Source of the DNA: an uncultured bacterium
Lineage (GTDB): Bacteria; Verrucomicrobiota; Verrucomicrobiia; Opitutales; Opitutaceae
Assembly (NCBI GenBank): GCA_967755055.1
Contig: CBRAFL010000001.1
Span: forward strand, 1-44,016
DNA length: 44,016 bases
Direction: 5' to 3'
The notes beneath the pieces are model-generated. The model had not been told where the DNA came from. It saw nothing but the letters and a program-made list of their open reading frames with translations, and did not search any database. Below, in pieces: positions 34,331-42,705 of this stretch (positions within the stretch are counted from its first letter, which is position 1; every line of letters starts with the position of its first letter). The position numbers were made by a program, and so were the translations under genes.

Positions 34331-36502
34331 TTACAACTGCGAGACGGTGAAGCGCTCCCACTTCCGCGTTCCGCTGTTGCTGGCGAGGAGACCGTGGCGG
34401 GTGGCGGTTTGATTAAAGGTTGTGGTAAACGTGCCCATCGCAACGCCGTCGACGGAAATCGTGATGGTCGAGCCCGAGAGCACCGCGCGAAGTTGATAGG
34501 CTTGCCCCAGCACAAAGGTCGCACTCTTCGAACCGACGGTCGTCGTCGTGCCGGCCGCTGTTTTTTGCAAGCGAAGGGTGCTCGTTGAAATCGAGATGCG
34601 GAGATAATTCGATCCATCGCTGCAGCGCAGCAACACGCCCGTATCGGTGGCGCCAAAATAAATCGGCGTTTCGACCACGCAGTCCGCGGCGCCTGAATTG
34701 ATGACGGCGCGGAGCGTTGCGTTGGTGGAAGCTGCGCCGTTTGTCACCGACGACGAGCCCGTGAGGATCGACCATTTTTGGCTCGTGGAATTAGTCGTGT
34801 CCGGTGCGCGACCGGAAAGACTGCCCGAGCCGGTGAACTGGTCATCGATCAAGGTTATGGGCACGATCGGCGGTGTAACTACGACGGTGCTCACTTGGAA
34901 AGCGGAAGCGCCGACGTCGAGTGCGCTGGACAAAATCGGCAGGCCGTAGAAATCGTGCGAACCGGGATTGATGCCGAATACGCTCGTGAGATCCAATCCG
35001 GCTTTGATTAGCGGGGACGTCGAGCGCAGCACGTAGGCCGAGATCGTCGGGAGGAGAGTAGGATCCGTGATGCTACCGCCGTTGCCGGGGCTCGTGAGCT
35101 GCGGGTCCACGCGCGAACCGATTGGCAAACCGTTGAGCGTTTCCTGGCCGCCAGCGCGAAACGCTGCGAGATCGAACGTGCCGCCCCAATAGTTGTTACC
35201 TTGGAAAAGCGCCTTGGCGGGATTGTTCGTCACACCTGTGATGAGGGTGCCCGTGTGGGTCGCGAGAAAGATGTTGTTCCGCAGACGCACGTTCGCGATG
35301 TCGTCATTATTCTGCACGGAGATGATCGGAGGATTGCCGCCTTTGGGATTCGTGCTGACGAAGAACGTGTTTCCGTAAATGTCGGCGCCGTTGATGCCGT
35401 AAGGTTCGGAGAATTCGCCGACGTAGAGGATGCCCTGCGTGGTTTTGCGGCAGTCGTTCTCAGAAATGTTGTAACGCACGACGCTGTTCACCAACGGCGA
35501 GGCATCTTGGAATTGGATGATGCCGATCGCGGGACCTTCGTTGTTGTAGGAGTAGTTGTATTGGAGAACGCAATTCGACGAACCGCCGTCGAGATCGTAA
35601 CCGCCGCCGTCGAGCGTGTTGGAGGTCTTCTGATTGTAGACGAGATTGTACTGGATGGTCACAAAGCGGGATTCCCACGTCCAGATTCCGTAAGGTCCGC
35701 CGCCGGTCGTGGGGCCGTAGCCGCCGTTATCATGGGCGAGACAGTACTCGACGGTGCCGCGATCGACGCCCGACATGATTATGCCGCTGCCGGTGTGATC
35801 CGTGGCGCTGGGATCACCGCGATTGTCCCAGACTGAGCAGTGTGCGATGGAAACATCCGCGTGAGAAAACGAGAGACCATCGCCATCCATGCGCCACGTG
35901 CCCCAGGTTTTGATTCCCTCGCTGCGATTACTGAATACCTGAAGATTGGTGAGCTTAACATCGGTGAATCCCGGCCAGGCGCGGGTGGACGTGCTGTACC
36001 ACGCCCAAAGTTCGATGCCGTTTTTGAAGCCGGAAATGATCAGGTCATCGAAACGTAGATAGGGCAGCTTGGTACTGCCGGGGAGATAAGCGCCCGCGTC
36101 AATTCCGTCGCCCTGACTCGTGGCCGCGCCCGAGCCAACCAGACACAAACGACTGATGGCGAAGCCGGAAGAGTTATAGATGGTGATCGCCGCGCCGGTG
36201 CCTGCAGAGATGGTGGCGCGTCCGGTGCCGAAGCTTGAAATGATGACGGGACTGGTCGCGGTACCCGCGTCATCAGAACCCAAATACAGGTTTCCGCTGA
36301 AGGTTTCGCCGCCTTGGAGGAACACGCGATCACCGGGATGCAGGACACGCGAGTTGAGGTCGGCCAGATCGGCGACGACCACACCAGCCTGCGTGGAAGC
36401 TTGAGAGCCGAGATAGTAGTCGGTGGCAAACGCGGTAAAAGGCAGCAGGCAGGCGGCAACGAAGAACGCGCGGCGAGAACGGGAAGAGCGATTGAGAAAC
36501 AT
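34331..36502 (-). CDS. Secreted right-handed parallel beta-helix protein with a C-terminal beta-sandwich module
   Basis: Signal peptide; LHPGDRVFLQGGETFSG; GPYGIWTW..IQYN; DGGGYDLDGG..LQYNYSYNN; Thr/Ser-rich C-domain. Confidence 0.85.
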   Translation of the reverse strand: MFLNRSSRSRRAFFVAACLLPFTAFATDYYLGSQASTQAGVVVADLADLNSRVLHPGDRVFLQGGETFSGNLYLGSDDAGTATSPVIISSFGTGRATISAGTGAAITIYNSSGFAISRLCLVGSGAATSQGDGIDAGAYLPGSTKLPYLRFDDLIISGFKNGIELWAWYSTSTRAWPGFTDVKLTNLQVFSNRSEGIKTWGTWRMDGDGLSFSHADVSIAHCSVWDNRGDPSATDHTGSGIIMSGVDRGTVEYCLAHDNGGYGPTTGGGPYGIWTWESRFVTIQYNLVYNQKTSNTLDGGGYDLDGGSSNCVLQYNYSYNNEGPAIGIIQFQDASPLVNSVVRYNISENDCRKTTQGILYVGEFSEPYGINGADIYGNTFFVSTNPKGGNPPIISVQNNDDIANVRLRNNIFLATHTGTLITGVTNNPAKALFQGNNYWGGTFDLAAFRAGGQETLNGLPIGSRVDPQLTSPGNGGSITDPTLLPTISAYVLRSTSPLIKAGLDLTSVFGINPGSHDFYGLPILSSALDVGASAFQVSTVVVTPPIVPITLIDDQFTGSGSLSGRAPDTTNSTSQKWSILTGSSSVTNGAASTNATLRAVINSGAADCVVETPIYFGATDTGVLLRCSDGSNYLRISISTSTLRLQKTAAGTTTTVGSKSATFVLGQAYQLRAVLSGSTITISVDGVAMGTFTTTFNQTATRHGLLASNSGTRKWERFTVSQL

Positions 36503-36725
36503 GGTCCGGGAATTTTCACCTAAGGGGTGCTTCAGAAAATTTCTGAAACAGCCATCAGGCGGTGTTGTGCAATCGCTCTCATCGGAGTCAGTCGATTGCG
36601 ATCCACTGCGGCGACGGACATTTATCGATGGTTTACATCGAGCAGGGCGTGGGTGGCCGGGGAAATTTTGTTTCCGAATGAGCTGCCGGTTGCTTTTCGG
36701 GGGCGTGCGATCACGGTTCGTTTCG

Positions 36726-37103
36726 ATGATCAAGAAGCTGCTCCACACACGCATGCGCGTGAACGATCTGGACCGTTCAGTGCGATTTTACGAAGACGCG
36801 CTGGGACTAAAAGTTTCCCGGCGGCACACGTCGCCGCGCGGAGCTCAACTGGCCTTTCTGGCGGTTCCGAACAGCGACGAAGAGATTGAGCTCTGCCAAT
36901 TGCCGAACAGCCCGAGCGTGCAGGTTCAGCCGGACCTCATGCATCTCGCATTTGAAGTGGCCGACCTCGAGGAATTTGCGGGAGAGCTAAAACGAAAAGG
37001 CTATGAGTTGAGCGATGGTCCGACGCTGACCGGCAGCGGCTCGATGATCGCGTTCATCGATGCGCCGGAAGGCTACGAGGTGGAGTTGATCCAAAGAGCG
37101 TGA
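36726..37103 (+). CDS. VOC/glyoxalase I family protein (lactoylglutathione lyase-like)
   Basis: LLHTRMRVNDLDRSVRFY, EIEL, HLAFEV, AFIDAPEGYEVELIQ. Confidence 0.9.
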   Translation: MIKKLLHTRMRVNDLDRSVRFYEDALGLKVSRRHTSPRGAQLAFLAVPNSDEEIELCQLPNSPSVQVQPDLMHLAFEVADLEEFAGELKRKGYELSDGPTLTGSGSMIAFIDAPEGYEVELIQRA

Positions 37104-37116
37104 CGCTGGATCGGGC

Positions 37117-37245
37117 GTAGCGCGCAGGCGTCTCTGCCTGCCGTTTTCCGAAGAATCGAAGATCGAAGTTCGGAGATCGGCATTCGAAATTCAGAATTCA
37201 AAAATCGAAAATCCAAAACGGCAGGCGCGGAGGCACTGCCGCTAC
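37117..37245. repeat. Degenerate REPIN-like element with heptamer filling
   Basis: GTAGCGCGCAGGCGTCTCTGCCTGCCGTTTT ... AAAACGGCAGGCGCGGAGGCACTGCCGCTAC; TCGAAGA/TTCGAAA heptamers. Confidence 0.8.
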
Positions 37246-37267
37246 ATTCGGAAATGAGGCCCCGTTC

Positions 37268-38194
37268 TCACTGGCCGCGGCCGAAACGGCGTTCCCAGGC
37301 AAACAGGTATTGCTGCGCCAAACCGGCGAGCGGCCCAAAATGCGTGCGGCCGAAATGGGCGATCTGCGTGGGCTTCCATCCGTGCAGTCCGTAGCGCTGC
37401 GCCATCGCTTTGATAATCCATACGTCCACGGGAAAGGCTTCGAGTCGACCCGCGCCAAAGAGCAATACGCAGTCCGCCACTTTTTCTCCCACGCCGGGAA
37501 GCGAGCAAAGACGCTCCTTGGCGGCGGTGTAGGGGAGTTGCTCCGTTTCTTCGAGCCAGCCTGGATGCGCTGCGATGAACTGCGCGGTCCGGTGGATGTA
37601 GCGCGCACGAAAACCCAGTAAGCAGGCGCGCAATGCAGGTTCAGGAATCGCGGCGAGCTCGGCCCAGGTCGGAAGGCGGAAAGCGGGAGTTGAAAGTTGC
37701 GGACTAAGAGTTGAGGAAACGGGAAGCAGCGGCGCACCGTGGCGGGAAGCGAGGAGCGCGATCATTTGCTTGATCTGGACGATCTGCTTGGTGGCGCTGC
37801 AAAGAAATCCGAGCAGCGTTTCGCCGAAAGGTTGGCGCAAAATTCGCAGGCCCGGAAATGCCGCGAGGCACGCGGCAAGATGTGGATCGCTGCGCCACGG
37901 AAGCGAGTCGACGAGATCGCGCGGATTGCGGGTTAGATCGAGATAACGGACGAGTGCGGGCTCGGTCGAGTCAGCGAGGGAGGTCGGGGCGGACCAATGG
38001 AGTGTACCCGATAAATCGAGACGGAGGCGGACGATCTGCGATCCGAAGTAACCGAGCCACGTTCCATCAGACAAAGGTCGCCAGCGAAAGGCTTGTCCGC
38101 CGTCCAGCGTTTCCTCAAGAGCCGCGGCATCTTGCGGAGCGGTTGTCGGCAGCGATCGCCATTCGCTCCAGGCGAGGTCGCTGACATCAAACAT
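37268..38194 (-). CDS. 8-oxoguanine DNA glycosylase (OGG1-like, HhH-GPD)
   Basis: TLDGGQAFRW (OGG N-domain), GLRILRQ, LGFRARYI, LPGVGEKVADCV, FPVDVW. Confidence 0.9.
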   Translation of the reverse strand: MFDVSDLAWSEWRSLPTTAPQDAAALEETLDGGQAFRWRPLSDGTWLGYFGSQIVRLRLDLSGTLHWSAPTSLADSTEPALVRYLDLTRNPRDLVDSLPWRSDPHLAACLAAFPGLRILRQPFGETLLGFLCSATKQIVQIKQMIALLASRHGAPLLPVSSTLSPQLSTPAFRLPTWAELAAIPEPALRACLLGFRARYIHRTAQFIAAHPGWLEETEQLPYTAAKERLCSLPGVGEKVADCVLLFGAGRLEAFPVDVWIIKAMAQRYGLHGWKPTQIAHFGRTHFGPLAGLAQQYLFAWERRFGRGQ

Positions 38195-38264
38195 GGTTAA
38201 CGTTCCAAGTTTCCGAAAATCTCAGAGCGATCGAGCAAGCGAACAGAGGTTTCAAAACTGCAGA

Positions 38265-38738
38265 TTACTTCGATGGTTTTTCCCAAAGAAAACTTTGAGC
38301 GCTGGCCAGCACGTGATCGTCGGCGGAGCGCAATTCTAGTTTCCACGCCACCGGGTGCGCCTTGCGATCGGGCCAATCGGTGCCCGTGAGTCCGAGCTCA
38401 AAAACGGTTGCGCGGCTGGGCAGTTCAACGGCGAAGGTGGCGATCTTCGGCTCCGGATTGGTGGGAGAGATGGTTTGCAGGACGAACTTGGCGCCCGGAA
38501 TCGCGGCGGCGGAGTTCATCACGCGGACGAGATAATAAAAACCCGCGCGTTGGTCGGCGTGCGTGCGCAAGACGATTTCGCGACCGGTGTCTTCCTTGCC
38601 CGTGAAATATTCGGAGATGCGCTCAAAGGACTCCGCGTCACGCCAGCCGGGCCATACGCGCAGGAACTCGACCTCGGCAGCGCGGAGCGGAACGAGGCCG
38701 GCGGTGGCGAACAAACAGAGAGCAAAGAGCGAACGCAT
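38265..38738 (-). CDS. Secreted hypothetical protein (157 aa)
   Basis: MRSLFALCLFATAGL signal peptide; the track ORF is overextended upstream through a REP and oppA. Confidence 0.75.
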   Translation of the reverse strand: MRSLFALCLFATAGLVPLRAAEVEFLRVWPGWRDAESFERISEYFTGKEDTGREIVLRTHADQRAGFYYLVRVMNSAAAIPGAKFVLQTISPTNPEPKIATFAVELPSRATVFELGLTGTDWPDRKAHPVAWKLELRSADDHVLASAQSFLWEKPSK

Positions 38739-38826
38739 GAAGGGCAGGTTGAGCACGAGAACGGCGGGCGACAAGGTTTTCGCCACGCGAAGAATGTCGC
38801 GAGACGAGTTTTCTCCGTGGCTCGCC

Positions 38827-38898
38827 TGTAGGTTGCGCGCTCGCCGCGCCACGGGTTTCCTCGTTCGCGGAAGTAGCGCGGCGAGCGCGCAACCTACA
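38827..38898. repeat. REPIN-like inverted repeat
   Basis: Perfect 23-bp arms TGTAGGTTGCGCGCTCGCCGCGC / GCGCGGCGAGCGCGCAACCTACA. Confidence 0.85.
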
Positions 38899-38908
38899 TG
38901 AGTCGTGT

Positions 38909-40525
38909 TCACCGCTCGAGCTGAACGAGCTGATAACGATGAAACCCGAGCAGCGCGGGCTGCCAGTTTTTCACTGCGGGATGAATCGCATACACTCGCG
39001 CCCCGAAATAGATCGGCGTGATCGGCGCCGCTTCGAGGAGCAACGCTTCGGCTTGCTGGAATCGTTCGCGTCGCTCGGTGGGATTCAAGGTATTGGCGGC
39101 TGCCTGGATCAATCGGTCGTAATCGGCGTTGCCCCAACCGGTCCAGTTGTTGCCACCGTCTTTGAGAAACAATTCGAGAAACGTCGCGGGGTCTGCGAAG
39201 TCGCCGACCCATGCGGAAAAACTGATCGCGTAGTTGAGTGACTGTTCATTCTGAAGTGTGGTCTTTTGCTCGCGCGACGCGATCGTCACGCGCACGCCGA
39301 GGTCGCGCTGCCACATCGCTTGAATGGCTTCGATGACTCGGGGTAATCCGCTGTCGTTGCGCACCTGAACCTCGATGGCGGGCAGACCTGCGCCACTCGG
39401 AAAACCGGCTTCGGCGAGGAGACGTTGCGCAGTTGCGAGATCGGTGTTCACGCGAGTGCGGGCGGTGTAGCCAGCGCAGTTGGGTGGCGTGAGATACGGA
39501 GCGGGCAGACGCGATTCGCGCAGGACGTTGCGCGCAATGGAATCACGGTCGATCGCAAGGGCGAGCGCGCGGCGAACTTTGGGATTATCGAACGGCGGAC
39601 GGGTGACGTTGAACCGGAGGAAGTAGGTTTGGAGAAACGGGTCGAGCCGGAGCTGTTCGGGTGTTCGTTCGCGGTAGCCGGCGATTTTTTCAACGGGAAG
39701 GCCGTATGTCACGTGAAGCTGGCCCGCTCGGAAATTGCGTTCTTCAACGTCGGCGCTGTCGGTCGGAAAAAACACGACGTGCTCGAGCTGATTGTGGGCG
39801 GCGTCCCAGTAATGTGGATTTTTCGTCACGGTGAGGCGAGCATTGGGCGACCACTCGCTGAGAGTGAAAGCGCCGTTACCGACGAGATTGCCGGGGCGCG
39901 TCCACGCGGTGCTGCGCTGATCCATGCGGCCAAATTTTTCGATTGTCGCGCGATGCACAGGAAACCAGGTGGGATGGGCGGCGAGAGAAAGCAGATAGGG
40001 CGTCGGACGCTCGAGCGTGATGCGGAGCGTGCGATCATCCACGACGGCGACGCCGACGTCGGAGAAGTTTTTATTTTTCCCGGTGTTGAATGCCTCGGCA
40101 TTTTTAATCGCCCACAACATGTACGCGTATTCCGAGGCGAGATTGGGCGAGAGGATGCGTTGAAATGAGTACGCGAAATCTTTTGCCGTGAGGGCGTCGC
40201 CGTTGGACCAACGAGCATCGGCGCGCAGGTGAAACGTGTACGTGAGCGCGTCGGGCGAAACCTCCCAACGTTCAGCAACCGCCGGAACGGGGAGGGCGGT
40301 CTTCTCGTCGATGGCGGTTAAGCCTTCGAAGAGCGCGATCGTGATGTTCTGATCGGTGTAGGCGGTGATGATCTGCGGATCGAGGTCAGCCGGCTCGGAG
40401 AGATTTCCCAACAGCAGCGTGTGCGTGCGGGTAGCCGCGTCGGCGGGAGTTTCACGTCGGGAGCAACTGGCACAGAGCAGCAGTGCGAACAAGATACTGA
40501 CGGCGGAGAGCGGGCTGAAGCGCAT
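38909..40525 (-). CDS. oppA: Oligopeptide ABC substrate-binding lipoprotein (OppA-like)
   Basis: Lipobox CASC; EPADLDP, LFEGL, YTFHLR.DARWSNGD, GNGAFTL, VRRALALAIDR, W.GDFADP. Confidence 0.9.
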   Translation of the reverse strand: MRFSPLSAVSILFALLLCASCSRRETPADAATRTHTLLLGNLSEPADLDPQIITAYTDQNITIALFEGLTAIDEKTALPVPAVAERWEVSPDALTYTFHLRADARWSNGDALTAKDFAYSFQRILSPNLASEYAYMLWAIKNAEAFNTGKNKNFSDVGVAVVDDRTLRITLERPTPYLLSLAAHPTWFPVHRATIEKFGRMDQRSTAWTRPGNLVGNGAFTLSEWSPNARLTVTKNPHYWDAAHNQLEHVVFFPTDSADVEERNFRAGQLHVTYGLPVEKIAGYRERTPEQLRLDPFLQTYFLRFNVTRPPFDNPKVRRALALAIDRDSIARNVLRESRLPAPYLTPPNCAGYTARTRVNTDLATAQRLLAEAGFPSGAGLPAIEVQVRNDSGLPRVIEAIQAMWQRDLGVRVTIASREQKTTLQNEQSLNYAISFSAWVGDFADPATFLELFLKDGGNNWTGWGNADYDRLIQAAANTLNPTERRERFQQAEALLLEAAPITPIYFGARVYAIHPAVKNWQPALLGFHRYQLVQLER

Positions 40526-40607
40526 CGCGGAAGGAAAGCACGGAGATGCTGCGGGGCAAGGTGCGAGCGCGAGCAAAGAGCGGCCGGGGGAGACCTGGCC
40601 GTGATTG

Positions 40608-40674
40608 TGTAGGAGGGGTTTACGCCCTGACCGAATGCGCTCGCGACTCTTCGGGACATAAAGCCCCTCCCACA
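40608..40674. repeat. REP-like inverted repeat
   Basis: TGTAGGAGGGGTTTA ... TAAAGCCCCTCCCACA. Confidence 0.7.
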
Positions 40675-40749
40675 GGTCAACAGGCGCTCGGGACTGGTGG
40701 CGAGCGACCGCGCGCTAACGCGTGCGGCTACGGGTGGAAGCGCGCCTAG

Positions 40750-42621
40750 CTAGGAGGCCGTGCCTTCGAGGATGGCTTCTTCGCGTTCGCGGTGAAACTG
40801 GCTCGTGTAGAGTTCGTAGTAGTGGCCCCGACGTTGGAGCAATTCTTCATGCGTGCCCGATTCTTCGATACGGCCGCGGGTGATCACGAGAATGCGGTCG
40901 GCGCGGCGGATCGTGCTTAACCGATGTGCGATCACAAAACTGATGCGGCCGCGGAAAATCGTTTCGAGTCCGCGTTGGATGAGTTGCTCGGTCTCGGTGT
41001 CGATCGACGACGTCGCTTCGTCCATCACAAAAATTTGCGGATCGGCGAGCAGCGCGCGAGCGAACGATAGGAGCTGGCGCTGGCCGGTCGAGAGCCGGTT
41101 GCCGCCTTCGCCGACTTGGGAGTCGTAGCCTTGATCCATCTGCGTAATGAAGTCGTGCGCGTTGACGAGGCGTGCGGAGGTTTCGATTTCGGCATCGGTG
41201 GCGTCGAGTCGACCATAACGAATATTTTCACGCACGGTGCCTTTGAAGAGATGCGGTGTTTGTAGAACGATGCCGAGTTGCGACTGGAGCCACGCGAGCG
41301 GGCGGTCGCGATAGTCGACGCCGTTGACCAGGACCTGGCCCCCAGTTGGTTCGTAGAAACGGCAGACGGTTGATACGATCGTGCTCTTGCCGCCGCCGGA
41401 CGGGCCGACGAGCGCGATCGTTTCGCCGGCGCGTGCGGTAAGATTAAAATCGTGGAGCACGATCGGACCATTGGAGTAACGGAAGGAAACGTGGCAGAAT
41501 TCCACTGTGTCGATGCGGTGCGGGAGGCCATCAGGAGCGAGGGCGTGCTCGGCCGAGCGATCGGGCGCGGTCGTGTTTGTCTCAAGGATTCGCGCTTTGA
41601 CGGTTGAGCTGTCCTTGATCGCGGGCTCGGTGGCGAGGAGGCCCATGACGCGTTCGCCGGCGGATTGCGCGCCCTGCATCTCGGTGAGTTTGAGCGCGAG
41701 CTGGTTGATCGGGTGGAAAAACTGGCTGGAGAAATTGATGAACGCGACGAGCGTGCCGAGGCTCATGCCACCGGCGCCGGTGACGTAGCCGCCGCGCCAG
41801 AGCGCGAGGCCGGCGGCGAGGCTGCCGAGGGTGGTGACGATCGGAAAATACAACGCGTTTTGCCGCGCGTTGAGCACGGAGGCGCTGAACATCCGCGTGG
41901 AGAGTTGCTGGAATTCAGCGAGGTTCTCCTGTTCGCGAGCGAGCGTCTTCGTCGTGCGTACTCCCTGAATCGATTCGTTGTAGCTGGCGGTGATTTGCGA
42001 GTTGTGTTTTCGAATTTCGCGCGAGCTCAGGAGCATCTTTCGCTGGAAATATTTCGAGACGATCGCGAGCGGAGGCACGATGCCGATCACGATCAAACCG
42101 AGTTTCCAGTTCATGATCAGCAGGCTGAGCGCGATCATGAGAACGTAGCTTAGGCCCCATACGATATCGAGAAAGCCCCAGGCGATGACGCGCGCGAGGC
42201 GGTCGCAATCGCTCGTCAGGCGCGTGATGAGCCAGCCGACGGGGCGTGTGTCGAAGAAGGCGAATTCGAGTTCTTGCAAGCGGTCGAAGCTGTCGCGGCG
42301 GATATCGTGCGCGAGGTGATTGGAAATTTTTCCCGCCATCTCGATGAAGGTCCAGACGCCGGCCGAGAACAGGAGGGTGATGCTGAAATAAACGGCGATG
42401 TAGCGGACGAACGGAGCATGAGCGCCGTGGAGCGCGACGCCGTCGATCACCCAGCGCGTGACTTGGGCGAAACTCGCGTCGCAGACGGCGATAGTGATCG
42501 CCATGATGAACAACGGCACGAGATAGCGTTTCAGGTGCAGGGTGCGGCGGAAAATGTTCCACCACAGACCGGCATCGAGCCGGGCTTTAAATTCGTCTTC
42601 CTGGTGAACGGGATTGGACAT
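40750..42621 (-). CDS. ABC exporter half-transporter (TMD+NBD)
   Basis: GPSGGGKST, LSTGQ, VMDEAT, IAHRLST. Confidence 0.94.
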   Translation of the reverse strand: MSNPVHQEDEFKARLDAGLWWNIFRRTLHLKRYLVPLFIMAITIAVCDASFAQVTRWVIDGVALHGAHAPFVRYIAVYFSITLLFSAGVWTFIEMAGKISNHLAHDIRRDSFDRLQELEFAFFDTRPVGWLITRLTSDCDRLARVIAWGFLDIVWGLSYVLMIALSLLIMNWKLGLIVIGIVPPLAIVSKYFQRKMLLSSREIRKHNSQITASYNESIQGVRTTKTLAREQENLAEFQQLSTRMFSASVLNARQNALYFPIVTTLGSLAAGLALWRGGYVTGAGGMSLGTLVAFINFSSQFFHPINQLALKLTEMQGAQSAGERVMGLLATEPAIKDSSTVKARILETNTTAPDRSAEHALAPDGLPHRIDTVEFCHVSFRYSNGPIVLHDFNLTARAGETIALVGPSGGGKSTIVSTVCRFYEPTGGQVLVNGVDYRDRPLAWLQSQLGIVLQTPHLFKGTVRENIRYGRLDATDAEIETSARLVNAHDFITQMDQGYDSQVGEGGNRLSTGQRQLLSFARALLADPQIFVMDEATSSIDTETEQLIQRGLETIFRGRISFVIAHRLSTIRRADRILVITRGRIEESGTHEELLQRRGHYYELYTSQFHREREEAILEGTAS

Positions 42622-42655
42622 GGTGTCAGGTGTTTAGGTCAGTGAAAATTTTATC

Positions 42656-42705
42656 GTAGCCGCGCCGGTTACGGTGCGGTCCGCGCGCTAATGCGCGCGG
42701 CTACA
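42656..42705. repeat. GTAG double-hairpin REP overlapping the 3' end of the upstream ABC gene
   Basis: Reverse complement aligns with 24541-24591 with compensatory stem changes. Confidence 0.8.

Noticed and set aside
38739-39212. N-terminal half of the 315-aa ORF
   Set aside because: Overlaps oppA out of frame and a REPIN; the signal peptide begins at 38738
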